64,000 bases of DNA, from the NCBI GenBank assembly GCA_965209155.1, contig OZ242383.1, positions 544,001 through 608,000 of the forward strand. Reading direction: 5' to 3'. Under the pieces are notes generated by a model. That model worked only from the letters and a program-made list of their open reading frames with translations, made no database searches and was not told where the DNA came from. The DNA is from a bacterium (lineage in GTDB: Bacteria > SAR324 > NAC60-12). This document shows positions 29,144 to 38,637 of this stretch, piece after piece; position 1 is the first letter of the stretch; each line of letters starts with the position of its first letter. The translations under genes and the position numbers were made by a program.

Positions 29144-30235
29144 ATGTCCGAAATGAAGTTGACCAACGTCGAAAAAATCTATGGAGGAGCGGTCAAGGCC
29201 CTCGAGGATATCAATCTTGATATCGAGCAGGGTGAACTGATCGTCTTACTCGGGCCGTCGGGCTGTGGCAAGACGACCCTTTTGCGCATGATCGCCGGGC
29301 TCGAGACCATCACGTCGGGCACGCTGGAAATCGAGGGGCAGATCGTCAACGATGTGCCACCGGCCCAGCGTGGTATCGCGATGGTGTTCCAGTCCTATGG
29401 CTTGTATCCGCACATGGACGTGCGCAAGAACATGAGCTTTGCCCTCGAGCTCGCCAGGAAGTCGCGTCAGGTGATCAATACTACCGTCACACAGGCCGCG
29501 CGAATGCTCCAGATGGAGCCCTATCTCGAACGACTGCCCAAGGCGCTCTCCGGTGGCCAGCGTCAGCGGGTGGCCATCGGCCGGGCGATCGTGCGTGACC
29601 CCAAGGTTTACCTGTTCGACGAGCCGCTCTCCAATCTTGATGCCGCGTTGCGGGTGGCCACCCGGATTGAGATCGCCCAGCTCAAGGAGTCGATGCCCGA
29701 GAGCACCATGATCTACGTGACCCACGACCAGGTGGAGGCCATGACCCTGGCGAACCGCATCGTGTTGCTCACCCCCGGTGGGCGCGTTGGTCAGGTCGGC
29801 AGACCGTTGGAACTGTATACCCGGCCCCAAAACGAGTTTGTCGCCCAGTTCATCGGCTCGCCCGCCATGAACCTGCTTCCCGGCGAAGTTGTCGGCACGG
29901 GAGAGCAGACCACCATTAAACTCGACACCGGCGGGGTTGCCGTCTCGGCTGCCCCGACGCGAAGCTCGGAGGCAGGCCTGGAGGTCAACGTTGGGGTTCG
30001 GCCGGAGGATTTGGTAGAAACCGACGGCGATTGTATTTTCGAGGGCAAGGTGAGCATCACCGAGGAATTGGGCGAGGTGACCCTGCTCCACTTTGACCGG
30101 GTGCAGGACAAGGATACCATGCTCGCAAAGCTGCCCGGCATTCACACAGGGTTGCGCGGCAACACGGTCAAACTGACTGCCGAGCCCCCCAAGATTCACG
30201 TCTTCCACGAGGGCGTTTCCCTCTATTACCGCTAG
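29144..30235 (+). CDS. Sugar ABC transporter ATP-binding protein (MalK/AglK-like)
   Basis: GPSGCGKT, LSGGQRQR, DEPLSNLD, YVTHDQVEAM. Confidence 0.93.
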   Translation: MSEMKLTNVEKIYGGAVKALEDINLDIEQGELIVLLGPSGCGKTTLLRMIAGLETITSGTLEIEGQIVNDVPPAQRGIAMVFQSYGLYPHMDVRKNMSFALELARKSRQVINTTVTQAARMLQMEPYLERLPKALSGGQRQRVAIGRAIVRDPKVYLFDEPLSNLDAALRVATRIEIAQLKESMPESTMIYVTHDQVEAMTLANRIVLLTPGGRVGQVGRPLELYTRPQNEFVAQFIGSPAMNLLPGEVVGTGEQTTIKLDTGGVAVSAAPTRSSEAGLEVNVGVRPEDLVETDGDCIFEGKVSITEELGEVTLLHFDRVQDKDTMLAKLPGIHTGLRGNTVKLTAEPPKIHVFHEGVSLYYR

Positions 30236-30610
30236 GATCTGAGGGGGACTAAAGGGGGACAGACCCGTGCTCGTGCTCGTGCTCGATTGCAACATTCCCG
30301 ATCCCTTTGAGATGGGGAAGTCCGAAGAGAAGAGAAGGTATGGAATCCAGGGTTCTATGGGATGCCGTTTCGTTCACGAGCACGTCTCACGAGTACGATC
30401 ACGAGGAGCCCCTTCCAGGGGCTAATTTAGGATCTGAGGGGGACTAAGGGGGACAGACCCGTGATCGTGCTCGATTGCAACATTCCCGATCCCTTTGAGA
30501 TGGGGAAGTCCGAAGAGAAAAGAAGGTATGGAATCCAGGGTTCTATGGGATGCCGTTTCGTTCACGAGCACGATCACGAGGAGCCCCTTCCAGGGGCTAA
30601 TTTAGGATCT
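30233..30610 (+). repeat. Tandem pair (195 + 175 bp) of the GTGCTC/GAGCAC hairpin element
   Basis: Units start at TAGGATCT (30233, 30428, 30603); cores near-identical and homologous to 24760-24922 and, inverted, 46791-46960. Confidence 0.9.
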
Positions 30611-30740
30611 AAGGGGAGCGAAAATAAATTTTGTTTTTTTTCAGGAAATAAAAAAATGGCTGTACAATTACCAGCACCGCAACAAATACGAGAACTCGCC
30701 GAGGAAGTGCTCGCCAACCCTACCAACACAGGTGCCCCCT

Positions 30741-31862
30741 ATGCCAACTGAATATGAACCCTTGATGGATGTCCGCAAAGATTTAAGAATCAAATGGTAT
30801 CGCAGTCCTATTGACAAAAAGGTCTTGCGGGAGTTAACCCAAAAAAGTGACCGCCAAGGAATGTTTCAGGCTGGCGGGCATTTGACCATCTTTGCCGGTA
30901 CAGGACTGCTCAGCTACACCTTTTTTGTGCAAGAGTGGTGGATTGCCTGCATCCTGGCAGTGATCGCCCATGGGACCGTCGGTACGTTCTTTTCCGGATT
31001 GGCCACCCATGAACTCTGCCACGGCACCGTCTTCCGAACCCGCTGGCTCAATCAGATGTTTCTTTATATTTATAGCATTTTGGGCTGGTTCAATTTTCAC
31101 AATTACAACTATAGCCATACCTACCACCACCTCTACACTCTCCATCCGAGAGGAGACCGGGAAGTCGTTCTACCCCTTCCGGCTTCCTTGAAGTGGACTT
31201 ACCTGCTACAGTTGTTCACCTTCCAAATCTTTGGTGGTCCTGAAGTGTCAGGAATGATACCCGTGATCAAGCAGAGGCTTAAAGATGCGATGGGGCAATA
31301 CCCGGATGAATGGATTGGGGCCGTGCTTGAATCCCATGGGCGGGACCACCGGAAGGCGAGGAACCTGGCACGGCTGATTTTGCTCTTCCATCTGGGGGTC
31401 TGGGTAGTGTCGATTTATTTTCAACTGTGGCTCTTGCCGATATTGCTCTCCTTCCATCTCTTCATTGGCAACTGGCTCAAATATTTTGTAGGCTTGCCGA
31501 TGCACTGCGGCCTACGCAGCAATGTCCCGGATTTTCGCAAGTGCGTGCGGACCATCACCCTCGATCCCCTTTCCGAATTTCTCTATTGGCACATGAACTG
31601 GCATACAGAACACCACATGTATGCCGGGGTCCCCTGCTACAACCTCAAGAAATTGCATGAGGCGATTGCCCACGATATGCCGCAACCCAAAAATGTGTTT
31701 GGCGCCTGGCGCGAAATGCGGGAAACTTGGCGAAGACAACAGGAAGATCCGAGTTATGAATACGATACCCCTGTGCCGCCCCCGACAGATCGAAAATCGG
31801 TTGAAGAGGATGACAAATTAGCCGCCTCCATTGGCGATTTAGCTCCTAAATCGCTGGTTTAA
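30741..31862 (+). CDS. Membrane fatty-acid desaturase/hydrocarbon oxygenase family protein
   Basis: His boxes HELCH, HTYHH, HTEHH; TM segments. Confidence 0.85.
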   Translation: MPTEYEPLMDVRKDLRIKWYRSPIDKKVLRELTQKSDRQGMFQAGGHLTIFAGTGLLSYTFFVQEWWIACILAVIAHGTVGTFFSGLATHELCHGTVFRTRWLNQMFLYIYSILGWFNFHNYNYSHTYHHLYTLHPRGDREVVLPLPASLKWTYLLQLFTFQIFGGPEVSGMIPVIKQRLKDAMGQYPDEWIGAVLESHGRDHRKARNLARLILLFHLGVWVVSIYFQLWLLPILLSFHLFIGNWLKYFVGLPMHCGLRSNVPDFRKCVRTITLDPLSEFLYWHMNWHTEHHMYAGVPCYNLKKLHEAIAHDMPQPKNVFGAWREMRETWRRQQEDPSYEYDTPVPPPTDRKSVEEDDKLAASIGDLAPKSLV

Positions 31863-32145
31863 GTGAAATCGACTAATATACAGACTGACCCGACTTGGGC
31901 AATTCATTTTAACACAATGTGAAAAGGAACCCATCATGCGCTTTAGAACGAACAAGATATTTGAGAAAAACAAGCAGGGCAAGCAGGGTATCGGTCTTGG
32001 TCTGGTTTATCCAAGTGCCGAGGCCATCGAGATCAAAAGATTAAAAACTCCACCAACAGCAACTAACATTATTTTAGCAACTCGATACCTCGGAGCCGCT
32101 CGGCGTACCGTTGCTCCGGGGTTGTTCATTTAAGGAGGCAAAAAA

Positions 32146-33114
32146 ATGTCTATACTAATTACTGGCGGAACAGGTTGGGTAGGTACTGGCCTGGCACATA
32201 GTCTAGTAGAGAGGGGCGAAGACGTTATCTTGTTTGACATCGCTCCGCAAATAGAGCGCGTGGCGGATATCAAGAAAAACCTAAAGGTTGTCCAGGGAGA
32301 CCAAACGGTCTGGCCTGACGTGTTGAATGTTGTCAAGGAAAATAACGTAGAAGGCATATTTCACCTCGCAATGTTACCAGAGGAAGCTGACGCGAACTCC
32401 TGGACCATTTATGAATCGAATGTCGCCGGAACAAAGAATGTCCTGGAAGCGGCGCGACTCTTCGGGGTAAAGCGGGTGGTGTTTACCAGCACTGTGAGTA
32501 CCTATAATCTGGGAATGTCTACTGAAAATATCACCGATGAGACAATACAACGGCCTAATAACGTGTACGGTGTGTCCAAGCTATGTGGTGAGCTTCTTGG
32601 CAGATGCTATCGGAAGAAATATGACCTTGACTTTCGCTGCATACGATACCCTCAAATCACTGGTCCCAGTCATAAGATCAATAGATTCCCATCCGATATC
32701 GCTACGAAAATGCAATATATTGGCTGGACGATTCAAAGTGCAGCCCTGGGCAGACCGGCTGAATTTCCTGTCAGCGAAGACAACAAACTTCCTGTTCTGT
32801 ACTATGAAGATGCTCTGCGGGCCACACTAATGCTGTATGATGCACCAAAAGAGCAAATAGAGACCGTCTGCTATAACGTCGTAGGGGTCTTCCCATCGCT
32901 AACGGCCAGGGAGGTAGAACTGACTATAAAGAAGTTCATTCCGGAAGCTCAATTGACCTATAAGCCGGACCCCGGGGTCATGGATTATTACCAAGGTAAC
33001 AATAACTTCGATGATAGCCGGGCTCGTGAAGAATGGGGGTGGAAGCCATTGTATGCGGATTTCGAAAAGATAGTGGCCGATTTTATTAATGAAGTAAGAT
33101 CGAAACCCGGGTAG
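32146..33114 (+). CDS. NAD-dependent epimerase/dehydratase (extended SDR, threonine-dehydrogenase-like)
   Basis: ITGGTGWVG, YGVSK, DDSRAREEWGW; RBS AAGGAGG. Confidence 0.85.
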   Translation: MSILITGGTGWVGTGLAHSLVERGEDVILFDIAPQIERVADIKKNLKVVQGDQTVWPDVLNVVKENNVEGIFHLAMLPEEADANSWTIYESNVAGTKNVLEAARLFGVKRVVFTSTVSTYNLGMSTENITDETIQRPNNVYGVSKLCGELLGRCYRKKYDLDFRCIRYPQITGPSHKINRFPSDIATKMQYIGWTIQSAALGRPAEFPVSEDNKLPVLYYEDALRATLMLYDAPKEQIETVCYNVVGVFPSLTAREVELTIKKFIPEAQLTYKPDPGVMDYYQGNNNFDDSRAREEWGWKPLYADFEKIVADFINEVRSKPG

Positions 33115-33293
33115 TCTCTACAAACCAGTGGACATCTATGTTGGCGACCTCCCACAGAGAGGCGGGATGCCCAAAAGGACTATCACCTGCTGCAGAAATT
33201 TTCCAGGGTGGTCTAGCTGGAAGCGCGGTTCTATTTTTTTATCTTATTCTTTGATTTTTTAATTTTCCTATATTTTCGTATGGAGGTAGTAAC

Positions 33294-34094
33294 ATGAGTG
33301 AAATGTTTGATCTAACCGGAAAGGTGGCCATCGTTACCGGTGGTAACGGGGGTATTGGGCGCGCCATTGCCGTGGGGATGGCGCAGCACGGTGCGGATAT
33401 CGTCGTGGCGGCGCGCAATGAACAGAAGACGGCAGCCGTCGTCAAAGAAATCGAAGCCCTGGGTCGCCGTTGTCTCGGGGTGCGCTGCGACGTCCTCGAG
33501 CAGGACGACATCCTCAACACCGTAGAGATGGCGGTCCGCGAACTGGGTAGCCTCAACATCCTGGTCAATAATTCCGGCATCGGTCACGGCGGTGAACCAA
33601 CTCAGACTGTGACCCTCGAGACCTGGCATCGGGTCATCGATACCAACCTGACCTCGGCGTTCCTGTTCTCTCAGGCGGCCCACTCGATGATGGTGAAAGC
33701 CGGAGGGGGCAAAATCATCAATATTGGGTCGGACTATTCCCTGATAGGCGCTGCGGGCAATGCGCCCTATTCGGCGAGCAAGGCCGGTTTGTTGAACCTG
33801 ACGAAGACCATGGCCCTGGACTGGGGAGCCGACAACATTCAAGTCAACCTGCTGGCGCCCAGTTGGACCCATACGGACATGTCCGCTCCTGTCTGGGAGA
33901 ACAAAGAGCGCACCGCCTACATCATCGACGAGATCGCTGCCGGTCGGATAGGCGAGCCGGAAGACCTGGCGGGGGCAGCTGTGTTTCTTGCCTCCCCGGC
34001 CTCTGACTTCGTTTCGGGAACGTTCATCAGCGTTGACGGAGGTCTGAAGGCCGGCGACAAGGGGTGGTCAGACCACCCCCCTGGTATCGGGTAA
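33294..34094 (+). CDS. SDR-family oxidoreductase (KduD/gluconate-dehydrogenase-like)
   Basis: IVTGGNGGIG, NNSG, YSASK. Confidence 0.9.
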   Translation: MSEMFDLTGKVAIVTGGNGGIGRAIAVGMAQHGADIVVAARNEQKTAAVVKEIEALGRRCLGVRCDVLEQDDILNTVEMAVRELGSLNILVNNSGIGHGGEPTQTVTLETWHRVIDTNLTSAFLFSQAAHSMMVKAGGGKIINIGSDYSLIGAAGNAPYSASKAGLLNLTKTMALDWGADNIQVNLLAPSWTHTDMSAPVWENKERTAYIIDEIAAGRIGEPEDLAGAAVFLASPASDFVSGTFISVDGGLKAGDKGWSDHPPGIG

Positions 34095-34158
34095 TCGATA
34101 CCAATCCTTTTTGCTTTTAACTTATTCTTTCAATAACAGAAAAAATTGGAGAAATGAA

Positions 34159-35070
34159 ATGGACATCTCACCACTGACGACCTTTCTTGGCGCCGAAATC
34201 GCCGGAGTGGATCTGCGTCATCTGAATTCCGGTCTGATTCAGGAGATCAAGAACGTTCTGCATCAATACTCGGCGGTTTTCTTTCGCGACCAGCCAGAAC
34301 TTTCCCCAGCGGAGCATACTGATCTTGCCAGTGCATTCGGGCCTGTTTTCCCCCACCCATTTAACCCCCGAGGATCAGACTTTCCCGGCATCATAAAGCT
34401 TGAAGCGGGCCCCGATACCAAAAAGGCAGCGGCAACTAAATGGCACCAGGACGTTACCTGCGACAAGGAACCTTATTACCTCTCAATACTTCAGATGCAC
34501 GAGATTCCACCAGTCGGAGGGGATACCGTTTTCTCCAGCATGTATGCAGCGTACGAAGCATTGTCACCACGTATGAAGCGGTTGCTCGATGGTTTGACGG
34601 CACGACACGATGGAGCAAAGGTTTACTCTTTTCTGCGCGGACTTAGTGAGGAACCCAATTACCGGGACGGCCATCCCGAGGCCGTTCATCCCGTCGTGAT
34701 ACGTGATCATGGAAGTGGCAGGCCTGCGCTTTTTGTCAATCGAGAGTTTACGGCCGAACTCAACGACTTGCCTTGGGGAGAAAGCGAAGCGTTGCTCAAG
34801 TTCCTGTTTGATCATACCGAAGGGGCCGATTTCCAGTGCCGATTTCGCTGGTCACCTAACGCGGTCGCGATCTGGGACAATCGCGGTATCCAGCATAGAG
34901 CGACGTTTGATTACTGGCCACATGTTCGCACGGGGCGTCTCGCCGGAGTTTGTGGACCAGTTCTAAAGATGTGGCGGTTGGAAGAAGCGCCATCCACTTT
35001 AAATTTAAAGGAGAACAAGATGGAGGACGTTATCGTGTATCCTCATGGCTTCAGCAAAATGGATAAGTAA
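34159..35070 (+). CDS. TauD/TfdA-family Fe(II)/2-oxoglutarate dioxygenase
   Basis: WHQD, GGDT, HPVV, WDNR...H. Confidence 0.9.
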   Translation: MDISPLTTFLGAEIAGVDLRHLNSGLIQEIKNVLHQYSAVFFRDQPELSPAEHTDLASAFGPVFPHPFNPRGSDFPGIIKLEAGPDTKKAAATKWHQDVTCDKEPYYLSILQMHEIPPVGGDTVFSSMYAAYEALSPRMKRLLDGLTARHDGAKVYSFLRGLSEEPNYRDGHPEAVHPVVIRDHGSGRPALFVNREFTAELNDLPWGESEALLKFLFDHTEGADFQCRFRWSPNAVAIWDNRGIQHRATFDYWPHVRTGRLAGVCGPVLKMWRLEEAPSTLNLKENKMEDVIVYPHGFSKMDK

Positions 35071-35187
35071 GGGGCCTGGTCGAACGAGCAGTGAGTGAAA
35101 CCGGTCGGATTGATGTTTTAGTCAACAATGCCGGTATTCGAGTCGAGAAGGACGTCATTAACACCACCATCAGTGAAGAGAGAAAAA

Positions 35188-36114
35188 ATGAAATTCGGGG
35201 CACAACTCAATTTTTGTCGTGCTCAATGGGACGAGATGGAGGCCTATATCCAAACAATGGAGGCAGGACGATGGCACAGCCTTTGGTTGTCTGACCACTT
35301 CCTGCCGACGCCTGTCCCCGTCGGTACTCCTGCGGAGCAGGATGAACTCAATCCGGCCTACGAAGCATTTATCCCCCTCGCGGTGGCCGCTGGGATGATG
35401 AAACGGCTCAAGCTGGGCAGCTTTGTGTTGGGCGTTACCTACCGCAATCCAGCCTTGGTGGCCAAGATGGCCGCTGAACTCGATCAAGTCTCCAGGGGTC
35501 GCTTCACTTTGGGGATCGGGGCAGGCTGGTTCGAGCGTGAACACCAGGCTTATGGTTGGGTCTTTCCCTCTATGAAAGAACGGCAGGACCGTTTAGAGGA
35601 GGCCTGTGCCTTGATCCGCAAGCTTTTTACAGCCGAAGAGCCCGTCGACTTCCAGGGGCAGTATTATCGACTGGAGCGGGCCCCACTCTCCCCAGGTTGT
35701 TATCAGAAGCCCCATCTGCCGATCATGATTGGTGGAAATGGAGAGCGCCGTACACTGCGCACCCTGGCACGGTATGGGGACATCTACAATTATAACGGTT
35801 GGGAAGGGATGGATATGGATGTCGAAGTGTTCAAACACAAACTCAGCGTGCTCGCGCGGCATTGTGAAGACATCAACCGGGATCCGGCGGAGATCAAATT
35901 GACGGTGTTTTTCCAATTGAGACTTGTCGAAACCGATGCGGAACGGGAACGCATCCGCCAGAAAAATCTGGGATGGGTGGCCGGATCGCGAAACTTCTAC
36001 ATCGATTTGATCGGGGAATTTGAGAAAGCCGGAGTCGAGGAGATATGCTGCGCCAGCTTTGACAGGGCGGAAGATTTGCAGCGGGTGGATGAAGAGATCA
36101 TTAACTTTTTATGA
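35188..36114 (+). CDS. Luciferase-like (LLM) flavin/F420-dependent oxidoreductase
   Basis: LWLSDHF, YRNPALVAKMA, GRFTLGIGAGWFEREH, IMIGGNGE. Confidence 0.88.
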   Translation: MKFGAQLNFCRAQWDEMEAYIQTMEAGRWHSLWLSDHFLPTPVPVGTPAEQDELNPAYEAFIPLAVAAGMMKRLKLGSFVLGVTYRNPALVAKMAAELDQVSRGRFTLGIGAGWFEREHQAYGWVFPSMKERQDRLEEACALIRKLFTAEEPVDFQGQYYRLERAPLSPGCYQKPHLPIMIGGNGERRTLRTLARYGDIYNYNGWEGMDMDVEVFKHKLSVLARHCEDINRDPAEIKLTVFFQLRLVETDAERERIRQKNLGWVAGSRNFYIDLIGEFEKAGVEEICCASFDRAEDLQRVDEEIINFL

Positions 36115-36376
36115 TGGAAGTAGTTATTTAGGGGAATGGAAGGATGATAAAAAATGGAACGGAACTCAAACAGACAAAAAAGGGGAAATCACTGGTAAGT
36201 GGGTGAATGGAGAGTAAAAAGCAGGTCGTTTTTTAAACCTACCTTCCGGAACTCAAGTTTTTGAGGAAAATGGGAGTAGGTTCGAAAGGGGAGATGAAAT
36301 ATAGTAATATATAAAGTTTAAAATAGCATTGTAGTTTAAATCCAGATTACGTTGAATAATTTGAAGGAGGTGTAAC

Positions 36377-36841
36377 ATGACGTTAGAAAAATTAGAGGCC
36401 AGGATTGCACGCCTGGAAGAAATCGAAACGATTAACAAAGTGTGGCATAGGTATTTATACTTAATTGATACCCAAGACTGGCAGGGAGCAACCAATATGT
36501 TTACAGAGTCGGCATTACTCGAATTGGGCACTGCCGGCTGCTATCGGGGCAAGGAGGAAATTGCAGGGTGGTATAAAAAGGTTATTCAGTCATTACCACT
36601 TATAGTTCACATGTCCCATAACCCTGTCATTGAGGTAGAAGGAGACAATGCTACCGGCGAATTCTACTACGAGACACCAGCTACTGATGCTGAAGCAAAC
36701 AGAGCTATGTGGTTCGTGGGTAAGCACGAAGCTGAATTCACAAAAGTTAACGGTCATTGGAAGATCAAGACATTGGTAGCCAAGTGTATTTACAATACCC
36801 CCTACGATGAAGGCTGGGTTAAAACGAATCTGTGTGAATAA
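36377..36841 (+). CDS. SnoaL-like/NTF2-fold protein
   Basis: LEARIARLEE..I, Y...ID..DW, HMSHNP.IEV.GD.ATG, GHWKI; RBS AAGGAGG. Confidence 0.8.
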   Translation: MTLEKLEARIARLEEIETINKVWHRYLYLIDTQDWQGATNMFTESALLELGTAGCYRGKEEIAGWYKKVIQSLPLIVHMSHNPVIEVEGDNATGEFYYETPATDAEANRAMWFVGKHEAEFTKVNGHWKIKTLVAKCIYNTPYDEGWVKTNLCE

Positions 36842-36925
36842 GTTTAAAAGTAAGCGCCCAATTGTCTTTTTAGCTCGGTTGATCTTCTTTATCAAGGTAT
36901 TGAGGCAAGAGCTGTTTCATCGGCT

Positions 36926-37787
36926 CAGGAGAGCGATTCGTCCAAGTGGTGCGTCACGTACAGGATATGAACTTCCGTATTTTTTGCTATGTAATCGACC
37001 AGGTCGAGTACCATTCTCCGGTTGGCATAATCCAGTCCCTGACACGGTTCGTCCAAAATAAGCAGCATGGGAGATTTGACCATGGCCCGGGCAAGCAAAG
37101 CCATGCGCTGTTGTCCTTGGGAAAGTTGGTTGAATGGACTATTGGCTTTTTCTTCAAGGGAGAGAATGTGGATCCACTGGAGGGCAATCAAACGCTGTTC
37201 AGGGGAGTATCGCCGGTAGAGACCAATGGAATCGAAGAAACCGGAAAGGATGACATGCATCGTACTCAAATGACTGTAATAGCGAACCTGAAGTTCTGCG
37301 GAGACTTTTCCGATTTTCTTTTTGATATCCCAAATACTTTCACCCGTGCCCCTGCGCCGTCCAAAAAGGTATATTTTATTGGAATATGCCTGTAAATTTT
37401 CAGTGGAGATCAAACTCAACAACGTCGATTTCCCCGCTCCATTGGGACCCGCGATTGCCCAGTGCTCGCCTTTTTTCATAGTCCAATTGAAGCCATTCAA
37501 GACCGTCACCGCTCCGTATTGAACCCTGACGTTTTCCATGGAAATCAGGACTTCGTCTGGCACTTGTTCGAGCATTTGCCGTGAATTGTTGAAATCCGGC
37601 ACGAAGGTGTGGTTCAAATCATTTCCTTGGTAGAGGCGTTTGAGAAATTGCGTATTCAAAATGTCTTCCTTCTTCCCCTGCGCGAAAATCTTACAATCTT
37701 TCAGGCATAAAACATGAGTGACATTCTCCGGAATTTCCTCCAGTCGATGGGTTATGAGGAGAATTTTCAAATCATGCTCCATCAAAA
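36926..37787 (-). pseudogene. 862-bp internal duplicate of the ModF-like ABC ATPase gene at 56910-57771
   Basis: Colinear, about 10 mismatches counted by eye; lacks both 5' and 3' ends. Confidence 0.92.
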
Positions 37788-37850
37788 CATTGTGTTGCGG
37801 GTGATGGCAGCATTGGGGGTCTGTGGAGTGCTAAGAGTTCTCATGATGCC

Positions 37851-37937
37851 TGAGAATGGCGGAAGGTATCAACGATTTTATGAAATCCAATTTCAAGAAT
37901 AACTACCGTCGCCATAAAACAACGTTTCCTGAGTTAA
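37851..37937 (+). repeat. Duplicate of the MsbA-like gene 3' tail and downstream sequence (16558-16644)
   Basis: ENGGRYQRFYEIQFQE* repeated. Confidence 0.9.
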
Positions 37938-38018
37938 TGTAGGATTCATCGGCCTCGGCGCCATAAAATCCGGGGACAGTTACGAAAATAAATCACGAAA
38001 ACCAGACCCGATATTAGC

Positions 38019-38191
38019 AGGGATCGGAATCTTTCTCTTGGAGGAGAGCACGCAGCCGTTCGACTTCCGCAAGCGCTTTTTCTTTTTCTTCTCTTGCCAA
38101 GGCATTTTCTTTCAGTTTTCGCTCTTTTTCTTTTTGCTGACGCTCTTGTTGGAAGCATTTCAGGAGAAAGGTTTTGGTAGAGAGGATCCTC
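38019..38191 (-). pseudogene. 3' fragment of a third Uma2 copy
   Basis: Matches 16669-16876 with indels in the heptad-repeat tail. Confidence 0.85.
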
Positions 38192-38409
38192 AATTAATCT
38201 TTAATTTGATGCGCTGGGCGCGCCTTATACAGACTCCCCCTAGAAATTTGAAACAGGAATATCTTCCCTTGCATTTAATCAGAAACTTCGATATGGTTGG
38301 CATTAAATCAGTTGATTTTGGCAAGAATCCGATTATGCGTTAACTAAATACAGTGATTCAGAAAAAAGTATCCAAATTGTCATTCTACTATGAAATCATA
38401 TGTCAAGAT

Positions 38410-38630
38410 AGTTATGAAAAAAATTCTAACCAGTCTACTATTCGTGGTCCCAAAGGCCGACAAGTTACTTTTTCGAAGTCATTTTCATGAAAGGAGTTGG
38501 CATACTGAGCGACGATGATCGGAGTCAACAAGAATGACACCGCCATACTCCAGGAACTTCGATAATGAGGTGTTGAACTTTTTCAAATTTCTTGGTTGTT
38601 GCTTTCTAGTAGATGAATCTCAAGGCTCTG
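38410..38630 (-). ncRNA. Candidate bridge/seek RNA of the IS1111-type element
   Basis: Two stem-closed loops containing matches to both target flanks (38531-38539, 38505-38509) and both element ends (38463-38469, 38435-38441); transcript ends unknown. Confidence 0.7.
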
Positions 38631-38637
38631 TTTTTGT

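Noticed and set aside
28031..30295. Long antisense ORFs (323 aa, 349 aa; likewise 2422-3270 and 53627-54490)
   Set aside because: Shadows of well-supported genes on the opposite strand; no recognisable motifs
30233..30610. Possible CRISPR array
   Set aside because: Units are 175-195 bp with near-identical interiors; no unique spacers and no cas genes
25148..36841. Classical integron cassette array
   Set aside because: No intI and no consistent attC (RYYYAAC...GTTRRRY) sites found by eye between genes; an IntegronFinder run would settle it
37714..37902. 62-aa ORF ending like the MsbA-like protein
   Set aside because: Chance fusion across the duplication junction
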